Assembly: GCA_964019425.1 (NCBI GenBank)
Contig: OZ025784.1
Coordinates: 248,001 to 312,000, forward strand
From: Flectonema sp. DT1601
Taxonomy: Eukaryota
Length of the DNA: 64,000 nt
Direction of reading: 5' to 3'
Shown in pieces: positions 47,225 through 58,891 of the stretch. Each line of letters opens with the position of its first letter. Positions within the stretch are counted from its first letter, which is position 1. The notes under the pieces were generated by a model. That model was not told the origin of the DNA. It searched no databases and was given only the letters and a program-made list of their open reading frames with translations. The position numbers were made by a program, and so were the translations under genes.

Positions 47225-48045
47225 ATTCTTACAATAATTAGAAAAAAAACAAAACAAAAATCGTCCTTTTCTTAAATACATTTTAGCAAGCAGCAACAAT
47301 TAGGGAATTTCAGCGAATTTTTTTGCACGAAAAAGACTGTTGTTTTACGTGAACTGCGTCCTTTGTTTTTCTTCAAGCTATTTTATGCTACGTCGCTTTC
47401 GAGTTTTTTCTTTTTTTCTTTTCCCCCCCTTTGTTTTTAATTTAAAAAAAACTGTTAGCGATTTAGTATAAAAAAAACAAACGAGCAGTCTTCAGCGGGG
47501 ACTGTCTCGTGAGAGGACTTTTACTTGTCAGCAACACCAAAAAAAAATCTAATTCGGATTTTTTATCTTCAGAAACATAAAAAAAAAAAAAAAAAAGAAT
47601 TTTTCTTTTTTTTTTTGTACAAGAAGAAACCGGGAAGGCTATTTGACTACACGCAATTTTTAAAAAATAATTTCTTTATTTGAGAGATTTTTCTTCACCC
47701 CCTGGCAGTATCTCTAAAAAAAACCGGGAAAAAAAAAAAAAAAAAAACCTACCTTCTCATATTAGCATTGCGCCTTTTATATTTATTTATTTGTTCGAAA
47801 AAGGTGCATTGCAAAGAAAAAAAGGAGAACAGAAAAAAAAAAAAAAAAAAAAAAAACTAACATCTCCCCCAGCATGCTTCACGAAAAAAAAAAAAGACAA
47901 AACCTGTAAGGGCGATTAATTGCTTTATTGCAATTTCAAAAGGAAAAAAAGAAAAAAAGAAAAGAGAGAAATCATCATTTTCCTCCTTCGTTTCACCATC
48001 CGTCCATAATAATTTAAGAAAAAAAGGTTTCGTGTGTTTTGTTTC

Positions 48046-48076
<31 letters not shown>

Positions 48077-49680
48077 TGCTGCCTAGCCTTCGAGTTTGTG
48101 TGAGAGAAACAACCACTCTGTTTCTGTCTCACCAACCCGACTCATTTTGCCTTAAATTTCTTTCAGGCCGATGACCCTTTGCTTTTAGTGGGGGTAGGCG
48201 GTGGTAGGGAATAGGTCCCTGAAAAAGTCTTATCAAGGTTTTTTATATTGATGAGAAAAAAAAAAAAAAAAAAAACTAATTAATCTACCCACACAACCTT
48301 AGACTAAAGCTTGGAGACTCTTTTCTGCGGTGGGCCACACGGAAAAAAAAAATAAAAAAAAAATTTTTTTTTTTCTTTTTTCCAGGCACGTCGAATTTCT
48401 TTGGTATTCCTATCTTCTGAGAAAAGAATTTATTAATTTTTTTGTTTTCCCTTTTTTTTTTTTTTCTTTTTTTTTTCCCTCAAACCCCGAAACTCGTGCA
48501 ACGTGACCGACACGACTTCCCCCCCTCATTCCACTTTACTTTTTTCTACTTTCTTTTGTTCCTTCGGCTACAGAATTATTGGTCCCTTCTCGACGTCGGA
48601 TACTAACCATTTATCTTTGTGTTTGTACTGGCCCGTATGTTGCTCACGTGCGGTGCATTCTCTCGTTTATTCCATTTTTCCAACCCTCTTTCTTTCTTTC
48701 TTTCTTTTTTTTTTTTTTTTCTCAAAAAAAAAAAAAAATAATAAAGATCTAGCGAGAATATAGCTAGCTCTCCCCTCCTCCTCTTCCTCCTCCTTTAAAG
48801 AAAAAAAGTATTTGAAAGTTTAAAAAAAAAATTAAGAAAGAACATAAAAAAAACACAAAAAACAAAAACCAAAAAAAAAAAAAAAAACTGTGAGCCTCTT
48901 TGTTTTCTGTTGTTATTCCTGCGAATAACGGTGGAATCTTGTTTCTCTCAAAAGAGATACCTTTGAAAACAGTACAGTTTCTAAGGCAAGAGCACATCTA
49001 TATGAAATAACTGAAAAAAAAAAAAAAAAAAAAAAAACCAAAAAAAAAAAGAGAGAGAGAGACGTGCAAGAGTGTTCTCCCAATGAAGTCCCCCATTGAC
49101 CCCCACACGTTTCCCAAAAAAAACATATAATAAAAAAAAGAATCTTTTAAAAAGAAGAGTGGGGTTCAACAGCATTCAGAAAGCTGATGAGAAAGTTAGC
49201 AACAACAACAAGCAAAAAAAAAAAAAAAACCGGATGTCGTGTGTGGGTTTTTTTCTTTCTTTACCCCCTTCTGAATGGAACCTGTGTTCTTTACTTCCCA
49301 GCACTCTATTTGACCCAGAATTTGGGACAAAAAAACAAAAACCAAAAAAAAAAAAAAAAAAAAAAACGATGACAAAAAAAGTATAATAAAAAAAAAAAAA
49401 AAAAGTTTGGCAACTCGAGAGGAGTACCGAAGGGTGGGGCGCGAAAAAAAAAAAAACAGAAAAAATAAAAAAGAAGAATTATGTAAAAAAAAAAAAAAAA
49501 AGTATATTTGATATAAATAATCAGAAAAACCTAATTTTATCTCTTCCTTCTTTTTTTACATCTCATTCAGGTCACTATTTTATCAACATCGACAGCAGTA
49601 TCAATCTTGAAACTTTAGTACTACTTTTTAGCAGACTAATAACTCAGTATGTTGTGTCTTTAACAGATGTGTAATAAAAT

Positions 49681-52600
49681 ATGACAAAACTCACCAATGA
49701 TACCCCACCACGGGATGAAATAACAAAACGATCCAAACTTTCAAATGTTTGGAAGATTCTAAAGAGACCGGCAACTAGTCAACCAATGCGAACAAAGAAA
49801 ATGGAGAATACGATTTTCAATCTTCCGGTAAAAAGCCTTCGAGACCCAAAAAACTTTTCATTAGAAGGGGTGAAACCAACTAGTGGAGTCGCAGCTGTGA
49901 GAAGACGTATATCTGGATTGCCTTTGAAACCGCTTGTTGACTTGTCTGGAAAACCTTCTCCGAGACCTGCTAATGACATTCACGGAGAGACAGAACCATC
50001 ATCAGCTGTTGAACCTCCTTACAAGGTTACTTCTTCTGATCATAATGAAGGGTTCTCTGTTGAGGTTTCGAATGGATTTGATAAACTATCTCATTCTATC
50101 GATTTAGCCATAGGGAACTTACCTGATCCTTCTCTTGACTCGAGGATGATTAGGTTGGGAAAATGGCTTGATCGATACCAAAAAGATCAACAACCACAAC
50201 AAGTATTAACAATCCTCCAACCTCTCTTATCGTCAACGATTAACGATACTCGTTCTCTTCCAGAACCAAATCTTCCTTCTATTGCCGTCGGTTGTTCAAT
50301 TCTCCATCAGTGTATTTTATTATTAATTACAATGTATCCGCAATTTGAATTCGTTGGTGTGACGTCGTTTAATATTTTAGTTAATGCGATTTTTCTGAGA
50401 AATTACACCGCAGCTGATCACAAAACTGTTTTCGTACTGCACACTGACCCTGAGAAAACAGACGAGTTGATGAGGGAGGAATTACTGTTTTACAGTGAAA
50501 AAACATATTTTCAATCCCTTCGAGATGTCTCAAAGAGACTAGGCCAAGCGATGACTACTTTTGAAAAACAGTCTAAAGAACGAGAGAAACTGTGCAAAGC
50601 ATTGAACAGAATTATCGCAGCATGGCAATGCCTTTACAAGGGAACCTTGTTTAGAGGTTGGAGGAATGTACGAAGACAACGACTACAACAGGAAGACTTA
50701 GACAAACAAATGAAAAAATTACAATCTGAAAATAAATCATATGAGATGAGGCAGAAAAGAGTCAACGAACTTGCTGATGAAGTTAGAAGAGAAAAAGGTC
50801 TCGAGAACCAAGTCTTGCGAGAGGGAGTTAAAAAAACTGAGGAAGCGAACGCAGTTCTCAAAACTGATAATGATCGACTAAATCGTGAAATAAAAACACT
50901 TCAAGGAACAATGCATGAATTACAACAGCAATTATCAGATGCTGAATCAGCAAGAAAAAAACTTAAACGAGAATGTGATCAACGATATTCAAGTTTAGCA
51001 AAAACTGCGTTTCACTTATCTGATGAATTGCGTTGGCCAGAATACGAAATCAACCGACTGGAAGAAAGTAATTGGAAGACTTTTTATGGTCAGTTTATGT
51101 CTGATGGAAATAAAATATTCTCAAAGTTGTCCGAATCTGGAGATCCCTCCGATTTGATCAGCTGGTTTAATGCTCTCGCATCTCAACACCCGTCGTTTTC
51201 GAAGTATAAATGCTCAACGATCGAATACTTTGAAGGAAGTAGTCATGTTTGTTTTATGTGGGCATGTCTCTGTAGTATAATATCACCTGGACAGATAACC
51301 CGACAGGAAGTAGATACTGTTTATAATAGTTTGACCCTTACAATAAAAGGTGGAAAAGTCTTAGACATGCTTCGCTTATTAGGAATTCCAGATATTATCA
51401 CTGCACAAGAGCTAACTGAAGATTCAATGAGTAAACATCACATGCTAGCAATTATCGTTCATTATCGATTTGTCAACGGATCGTTGGCTGTTTTGAAAAC
51501 ATGTGGATCATCACCTTTTTGGGATGAAAATTCAATCAAAGCAGAACCACAAGAGGTGATCCATGATTGGCCAGCAGCTACAAAAGCACATAATATGATT
51601 CCCTATCAATCAGAGGATGGCAGTCAGATATTCGAAGTTCCTGATGATGTCGCAGAATACTTAAATATGCCTCCATCAGCTCTCGAGCGTTATTTTAAAA
51701 CCTGTCTTGGTAGAGTAAGAAAATATGAGTCTCTTTCACAGTCTTGTCTGTTTCACTCACTCACAAACTACTGCAGCTCTGAAAGGTTCAGAGAGCAGTA
51801 TGGAACTAGTTTGACAAAACAAGAATTACAAGACAGACCAAAATTTGTTAATATTTTATATCAAAATATTAAAACGGTTGCGACTGAGACAGAGATTCCA
51901 CAGCTACAGGAAGTGCTGCAATCACATTATCGTCATCTCCGTAAAATATTTAGTTATTATGGTGCAGCTGATGTTAAAAGTATCAACCCGGATATGAGCT
52001 ATGATGAGATGTGGAAATTTGTAAACGACTGCGGCATTCCTCAAAAAGGAATTTTTGACCGAACCAATTTCCGAGTTTTATTCGCAAATGCTGATTCTGA
52101 AGAGTCGGGTAAGAATTCATTATCGCCCAGTGAATTCGTTCATGCGTTAGTTCACATAGCGAATGCTCGATGTAAACATCGTGAAGATTCAATTACAGGA
52201 CAGCTGTCGTTGTTGTTGGATAGATTTGTTATTCCTGAGGCTTCATTCTCTGACGTCGGGCCATTCAAGAAATCACTATCGGATCCTTTAGTACGTCGAA
52301 TGCTCGAACGACGTCAAAACGACATGTTGAAAGTGTTTAAATACTATTCTTCTTTAGAAATGACGGATGCGACTTCAACGATGAGCGTTAAGGAATTTTT
52401 AAAATTCATGACAGATACAAAAGTAACAGATGAAGTTTGTACACATCATGCTTTACAACAAATATTTCTAAAACTACAAGACGATGATCAGGACACTTCA
52501 TCCGCGACAGAGTTACAGTTTCATGAATTCGTCGCTTGCATCTGCGCCGTCGCCGCATTTAAAAATCCAGCACCATACTTGCCGCTTCATATTCGGGTTC

Positions 52601-52722
52601 AGAGGTTTTGGCAAAGTTGGGTTCTTCCTCCGCTTAAAAAACAACTCAAACTAACCGACGGTGCTGTTAGTGATGCTCCAAGGGAAGATCTTTCTGAAAG
52701 TGGGAAGGCGGTGAGTGAATGA
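49681..52722 (+). CDS. Uncharacterised 1013-aa protein with a central coiled coil and C-terminal EF-hand-like repeats
   Basis: Long uninterrupted ORF; heptads at ~aa 335-435; MSYDEMWKF, LSPSEFVHAL, MSVKEFLKF, LQFHEFVAC. Confidence 0.85.
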   Translation: MTKLTNDTPPRDEITKRSKLSNVWKILKRPATSQPMRTKKMENTIFNLPVKSLRDPKNFSLEGVKPTSGVAAVRRRISGLPLKPLVDLSGKPSPRPANDIHGETEPSSAVEPPYKVTSSDHNEGFSVEVSNGFDKLSHSIDLAIGNLPDPSLDSRMIRLGKWLDRYQKDQQPQQVLTILQPLLSSTINDTRSLPEPNLPSIAVGCSILHQCILLLITMYPQFEFVGVTSFNILVNAIFLRNYTAADHKTVFVLHTDPEKTDELMREELLFYSEKTYFQSLRDVSKRLGQAMTTFEKQSKEREKLCKALNRIIAAWQCLYKGTLFRGWRNVRRQRLQQEDLDKQMKKLQSENKSYEMRQKRVNELADEVRREKGLENQVLREGVKKTEEANAVLKTDNDRLNREIKTLQGTMHELQQQLSDAESARKKLKRECDQRYSSLAKTAFHLSDELRWPEYEINRLEESNWKTFYGQFMSDGNKIFSKLSESGDPSDLISWFNALASQHPSFSKYKCSTIEYFEGSSHVCFMWACLCSIISPGQITRQEVDTVYNSLTLTIKGGKVLDMLRLLGIPDIITAQELTEDSMSKHHMLAIIVHYRFVNGSLAVLKTCGSSPFWDENSIKAEPQEVIHDWPAATKAHNMIPYQSEDGSQIFEVPDDVAEYLNMPPSALERYFKTCLGRVRKYESLSQSCLFHSLTNYCSSERFREQYGTSLTKQELQDRPKFVNILYQNIKTVATETEIPQLQEVLQSHYRHLRKIFSYYGAADVKSINPDMSYDEMWKFVNDCGIPQKGIFDRTNFRVLFANADSEESGKNSLSPSEFVHALVHIANARCKHREDSITGQLSLLLDRFVIPEASFSDVGPFKKSLSDPLVRRMLERRQNDMLKVFKYYSSLEMTDATSTMSVKEFLKFMTDTKVTDEVCTHHALQQIFLKLQDDDQDTSSATELQFHEFVACICAVAAFKNPAPYLPLHIRVQRFWQSWVLPPLKKQLKLTDGAVSDAPREDLSESGKAVSE

Positions 52723-53012
52723 AAGAGTTGTGTTCATGACTGAAGAGATCACAAGGGACTTGTGACTCGTCCGACGTTGATGACAACAACTATCTCTCTT
52801 CTTATGTTTTGTTTGTTTTTGTTGTTTAATTCACTTACACACTATTTATTGTTATTAATCATTTTTCTTCTTCTTTTTTTTGTTAATTTATTTTTTTATT
52901 TTTTAACAATATCGTTTACTTACCCTTTTTTCTTTTTTGTATAAAAGGAAAAAAAAACTGATTTGTCTATTTTAATTCTCTAATCCCCCCTTCCTTCAGT
53001 TGGGGAAAAAAA

Positions 53013-56000
53013 ATGAACTCTCGATCTGCTTCGGGAAACGTGTCAATGTTGGTACCAAGTGTTGACAATAAAATAATAAAACCCAGAGTACAAGTATGTC
53101 AAGCTTGGGATCGATCGACGGAGAGCAGTTTAAACACTTCTTGTGCGACTACTATAGTCCGATTGGATGAAGAGACCTGTGGTGATGATGATGATGATGA
53201 TGAAGGTACTGATGAGCGTAAAATCAGCACTGATGGCGAGACCATTTGCGCTTTTGAAGTTTGCGTTATTCTGTGGACTTGCACGATAGTCGAAGCGATT
53301 TATACTATCGTTTCAATTTCGATGAATGACCAAGAGGATTATCACAGCGTGTTAGTAATAATATTATTATGTTGGTCAGTCTATGCGTTATACTCACAGC
53401 ATTCACAGATTGTATCAACTGGTGTGAAACTTCAAGTTTGTTCTTCATTTTGTTTCATCACAATATCAATACCTGCGTTACTGTTGTACAAACATCCGTT
53501 GCAAGCAGCACCACTACAGTTTTCATTACTCCATGCGTTGACGTATTTAAAGTCACCTCTTTATGTTCATGTTAGTTGTTTGTTTATTAGTTTAGTATCA
53601 TGGCCATTTGTAATGAGTCGTGAAGCACTGCCGGCTTTTTTATATATTGTGGGACATCAGTTGAGATTATCAGCGTGTGTTGCTCTTGATGTTAATTCTA
53701 ATTCAAAGGGAGGATTGTATTCAAGTGAATCAGTTACAGAAACAGAAAGTATAAATGAATCTCGTGATGTTTTGTATCCATGCAAAGAAGCTAAATCTCC
53801 AAGGAAATCACATCTAAGACTGCCGAAGGTGGGATCACCTGGAAAACAACAACAACGTCTCTCAAATACGAGTTTCAGTTCGTTCATTGCGAATGTCTCT
53901 AGAGACAATGGAGGAGGTAAAACTTTTACATTTCAAGGGTCGGCATTAAATTGTGATACAAGCCCTCTTGAGTCTCCGATAAGCATCAGAAGTTCCTACT
54001 CTGCTTCAGAATCTTTCAGAAGATCTCCAATAAACGATTTATTAATAAGAAATTTATCACCTGAACTTTGCAATAATTTATTATTGTTATTCACTAGGAT
54101 TGGTATGACTATATATATTTTTAATCCTTTAAAGACTACCGGTTTTCTCAGATAGAATTCCAGCAGACAAAGAAAAGTAAAAGAACTGTACTAGCATGTG
54201 GTTTCTTCCCGGCATCTTCGCTTCGGCGAAAAAACAAAAAAAAAACAAAAAAAACAGGAGCTGAGCTAGATCCTGAAGTAATATTCGACATCGTACACAA
54301 AGAGATGACGACTTTAATTGGAAGTAAAGTAAGACTTGTTCAGACGACTTGCAATGACAGTCAAGAAAATTGCAATCAGACGAGAATCAGACTTCCAATA
54401 CACGATGCTAATTATGTCCTTCAGGGTTTTGTTGAGACTTTCAGAGATGAGGAAATATCGTTGACGGAAGTTGAGAAATCAGTTCTTGGAATAGCTGGAT
54501 GGCAGGGATTGCGAACTATTGAAAACGCATCGTTGTTGTGTGAGATGAAAGCACATCGAATATTACTGGCGGCGACATCAGAAATATGTGATGCGCAGTT
54601 AGAAATGTCAGATATGATGCATCAGTTGATGACTAAAGCTCGTTCTGTTTTAACAACAGAACGAGCGACAGTGTACCTCCTCGATCATGATCGTAATGAG
54701 TTGTGGTCAACTCTTATCGATAGTCAAACAGCGATGGAACTCGGAAAAAAAGTATGCGAATCTATCATAAGAACACCTGTTGGAGTCGGTCTCGCTGGAC
54801 AAGTTGCCAAAACAGGTCAAGTCCTCAACGTTGGTGACTGTCAGAAGTGTGACTTATTCAACAACTCATGGGACAAGCTGACAGGTTTCGAAACTAAAAA
54901 CACACTTTGTGTACCCATCAGGTCCAGTACAAGGATACTTGGGGTCTTACAGTTTATAAATAAGGTAAACGGTAACACATTTACTCAAAAAGATGAACAA
55001 TTAGCAATGAGTTTTTCGAGAATTGCTGCAGTTGGAATGCAAAATATATTATTTGTTGAAGAACAAAATGATAATAAAGAATTAACGAAAAAAACAGAAG
55101 CAGCGCAGCAAGCTGATGAAGCAAAATCAAACTTTTTAATGGCGATGTCTCACGAGATAAGAACTCCTTTAGGTGGTGTCATTGGGATGACTGAACTTTT
55201 AAGCAGAACAAAACTAAGTGACGAACAAGTGGAACTAACTTCGATAATAAACAACTGCGCAGAAGCACTGATGACAATAATCAACGACGTCCTTGATATA
55301 GGTAAGATTGAAGCTGGGAAACTTGACTTGGAAAAAATTAAATTCGAGCTTCCAAAAGTAGTTGAAGATGCTTGCACTGTACTGAGCAGTAAAGCTGTTG
55401 AAAAGAACATCAGTATTGTGGTTGACATCTCTCCAGATGTTTGTATTTCTCTGGCTGGAGATCCTTACAGATTACATCAAATTATATTAAATTTAGTATC
55501 AAATGCTGTGAAATTCACTCCAAAAGGAGGCACTGTCACTGTTGCAATCACCGTCTTGGAAACATCATCAAAAAAACAAATATTGAGAGCGGATGTTTTC
55601 GATACCGGAATTGGTATTTCTCAGGAAAAGATTAAAACTTTGTTTCAACCATTCGTGCAAGAAGACACCGGAACAACCAGACAGTATGGAGGATCTGGTT
55701 TAGGTCTTAGCATATGTAAACACTTAACTTCTCTGATGAATGGAGAGATTTGGGTGACGTCATCAAAAGGTCACGGATCAGTATTTTCGTTCACTGCTGA
55801 GTTTTGGTTGCTTGAAGAAAATCAAAACTGGACACTTCGACAAGAGCTACTCAGATTGAGGGGAGTATCACCCCGGAATAGTTATTTAGCGATTAGTAAT
55901 CCTCGTCAATTGTCAGTTTTGAAAGCGATATTTGAAATCGGTGGATGTTTTGTTAAAATTGTAAAGTCCAGGAGTCAACTTCTATCAATCCTAGAAAGTG

Positions 56001-56707
56001 ACGAGGACTGTTCTATTTTGATTGATGATTGGTTTGACAATATTAGCTACTTAGACTTTGAATCAGCTTCTGATACAACACTTTCAAATTGTTGCGTCAT
56101 CGCTCCAGTTAGAAGTGAATGGAGGAATATCGTTAGTCACACTATCTCGTGTCCAGTTAGAGTTTCTTCTGTTTGGAATTTCATTCACGATACTGCTTTT
56201 AAAACTGCTTCTCGACCGTCCAGCTGTGGAATGTCGTCGAAGAATTCATCTTTCCCTTTACACTACAACATACTCGTGGCGGAGGATAATATAACAAATC
56301 AAAAGCTAATAACAAAACAATTAGAGTGCTATGGAATATTTCCTACAATATGTTGTAATGGAAGGATGGCAGTTGAGAAGATAAAAGAAGAGTACCACCC
56401 AATTATATTAATGGATTGCCACATGCCTGTAATGGACGGATACGATGCGACTCGTGAGATTCGTTCCCTTGAGAAGAATGGTCATTTCAACCATCCTCCG
56501 ATTGTCATTGTTGCTCTTACAGCTGACGCTCTGCCAAATACCCGAGAGAGTTGTATTGCTGCTGGGATGGATGATTACATGACGAAACCATTCAGAAGGC
56601 GAACCCTTTCATCATTTCTATCAAAGTACGCTCATCTACTATCAGGAGATTCTAGTGTTCCTCTCACCCGACAGTACGGAAGCTTCAAAAGTTTGAAATC
56701 ACAGTGA
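53013..56707 (+). CDS. Membrane-bound hybrid sensor histidine kinase (TM region-GAF-HisKA-HATPase-receiver), 1179 aa, 2 exons (53013-54102, 54258-56707)
   Basis: Phase-1 GT-AG intron 54103-54257 joins the two ORFs. GAF with NK..F..DE; H-box MSHEIRTPL; N-box NLVSNAVKFT; DTGIG; GSGLGL; receiver AEDN/LMDCHMPVMDG/TKPF. Confidence 0.93.
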
Positions 56708-56957
56708 TGAGTTAGCTGGTTGAACGTTTTTGTTATTGTACATCGTTACAGCTGCTTTACTTCCCTTTTCAGGGGTCGCAGCTTATTTCTAATTCTGCAG
56801 TTTACACTTCTTCCTAATATCAACTGCATATGCCAATTTTTAGCCTATTTTCCCTCTCTTTTTGTGTCCATTTACACAAGTTGTGATTGTGATTTTGACA
56901 GGTGTTTGTTACCAACTTTCACTGTTTTTGTTATTTCACAACAGACACATTGAGAAG

Positions 56958-57962
56958 ATGTCAGTGATGTCCTTAGCAAGAGAAAAGGCAGCCCGCCGTC
57001 TGTGTGAAAAGTGTGGAGAATCTCTTCGTGAGTGCAAAACAACAAAAACTGCTGAAGAACAATCAGCAGGTAAGATACTGAGAGAATTAGCACCTAAATT
57101 AGACTACAGTCATCATAAAGGTCAAGGTGGGAGGATTGGCGTAATTGGTGGCTCTGAACTGTACACAGGAGCCCCATACTACGCTGCGATGACCACAATG
57201 AAGGCAGGTGGTGAATTGGCTTACATATTTTCTGCCAAGGAAGCCTGCCAACCCATTAAGGCTTACTCTCCTGACTTGATAGTTATCCCGTGGTACGAAA
57301 CAAATAAAATAAATGAAATGAGAGAAGAAATTACCAATAGTTTCTTGAAGCAGTCTTCTGTTTTGCACAGCTGCTTGATAGGACCTGGTTTGGGGACCGA
57401 TGAGCGCCTTTTGCCAATTGTAAAGGATATTTTTGAAGACCAAAAAATGAACAATTTCCCTTGGATACTCGATGCGGATGCGTTGAGGTTGTTTCCATTT
57501 GAATTACTTCAAACCTTGAGCAAATCTAGAGTTGTTGTTCTTACTCCAAATGTCAGGGAATTAGTTATTTTGTTTGAAAAGTGCGGTCCTCTTGAGCAAC
57601 AAGATCCGTCAAACAGCGACTTGGCCGATCACATTGCAAAGTCGCTAAACTGCTTTGTTGTACTGAAAGGCAAGTTTGATTACATCACAAGTGGATCTTC
57701 TTCCCTTTGCTGCTCTGCCCTCGGTTCTCCAAAACGTGTGGGAGGCCTGGGGGATGTGCTAGCTGGGACACTTTCACTTTTATTGGCTTGGTCTCAGGTT
57801 AAGGGAGGGAAGGAAGACTTCCTGAAGGTTCTTCATTCAGGTTGTGTTTTGGTGCGTGTTGCGTCACGTTTGACCTTCGAGCAACATTCCAGAGCCATGA
57901 CTGCTGCTGATGTGCTGCAACATGTGGGTCCAGCATTTGAATATCTGACTTGCAAATTATGA
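56958..57962 (+). CDS. NAXD: ATP-dependent (S)-NAD(P)H-hydrate dehydratase (CARKD, YjeF C-terminal domain)
   Basis: HKGQGGRIGVIGGS.LYTGAPY, IGPGLG, ILDADAL, LTPN.RE, VLKG, GSPKRVGGLGDVLAG. Confidence 0.95.
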   Translation: MSVMSLAREKAARRLCEKCGESLRECKTTKTAEEQSAGKILRELAPKLDYSHHKGQGGRIGVIGGSELYTGAPYYAAMTTMKAGGELAYIFSAKEACQPIKAYSPDLIVIPWYETNKINEMREEITNSFLKQSSVLHSCLIGPGLGTDERLLPIVKDIFEDQKMNNFPWILDADALRLFPFELLQTLSKSRVVVLTPNVRELVILFEKCGPLEQQDPSNSDLADHIAKSLNCFVVLKGKFDYITSGSSSLCCSALGSPKRVGGLGDVLAGTLSLLLAWSQVKGGKEDFLKVLHSGCVLVRVASRLTFEQHSRAMTAADVLQHVGPAFEYLTCKL

Positions 57963-58477
57963 ACATGGCATTTTTGGGTTAAAAACGTCAAAACCGATTT
58001 AGTTCGATTCCGGGTCGCGTCATTTTTCCCGCCTGTGGCTGGATGACGATCCAGGTGTTGAAAAAATGCTATAATATCAGCCGGAGTGTGTCAGCTGCAC
58101 TCTGACATCCCCAGCTTTGGGGGGGCCAGTAGTTGTGTGGAATGGGGAAGGTTGTCTGGGTATCGGTCGCTTGTGTCCGGTGTGCAGATGTCCTGTCCTG
58201 GTTAGTCTGGTGTGCCCATTGGCTCTTCGGCGCAAGCTGTTGAGAAAAGGGGCTCAAAGAGGGGCGAACCGGGCCAGGCTGGCCACAGAGCAGCTCATAG
58301 TCCCCGCAACAGACAGTTCCAGGAAGGCAGGACTGAGCATCGGCTCAAGTACCGCCAGACAGGGTCCTCGAACCGCACAACCCATTTTTTCCTTATTAAC
58401 AACCCATTTTGTCTTTGGACGTTTCTTTAGATGGAGCAGTTTTTACCTTTCCTTCCGTTTACAGTAGAAAATTGTAA

Positions 58478-58891
58478 ATGCACACTCATCAATTAGAGAG
58501 GCAAAGTCAGTATGAACGACTACTGAGTACGGATGTGTCGGTGAATGATTGGGCAGCAGTTAAAATGTTGATGGCGGAAGCACGAAGGATTGAAAGGGGA
58601 GCTGCTACAACCGGGTATGAATTGCAGCAAACTGATATGAAATGGAGGCATCTTCTTCAACAGGTGACCATGGCACTTAGTGAGGGTCTTTCTCCAGCAG
58701 CAGTGAGAGCAAGCATAGCATCAAAGTACCCATTTCACGGTCTACTGACAACAAGCGGATTCAATAGGAGGAGGAGTGAAATGGAAGAAGTTCTGGCTAA
58801 CCTTGAAAGTCAAAAAGTACTCTTCGTCCCGGAAGCATCTCACACTTCAGACACAACAAGCCAAAGCAGTGACGACAACGACCTTCGATGA
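58478..58891 (+). CDS. Hypothetical 137-aa protein
   Basis: ATG-initiated ORF of ordinary composition, preceded by a polypyrimidine-AG ending at 58464, on the cluster strand. Confidence 0.55.
   Translation: MHTHQLERQSQYERLLSTDVSVNDWAAVKMLMAEARRIERGAATTGYELQQTDMKWRHLLQQVTMALSEGLSPAAVRASIASKYPFHGLLTTSGFNRRRSEMEEVLANLESQKVLFVPEASHTSDTTSQSSDDNDLR

Noticed and set aside
58069..58467. Gene in the GC-richer stretch after NAXD
   Set aside because: Only non-ATG, mutually overlapping short ORFs with no recognisable motif
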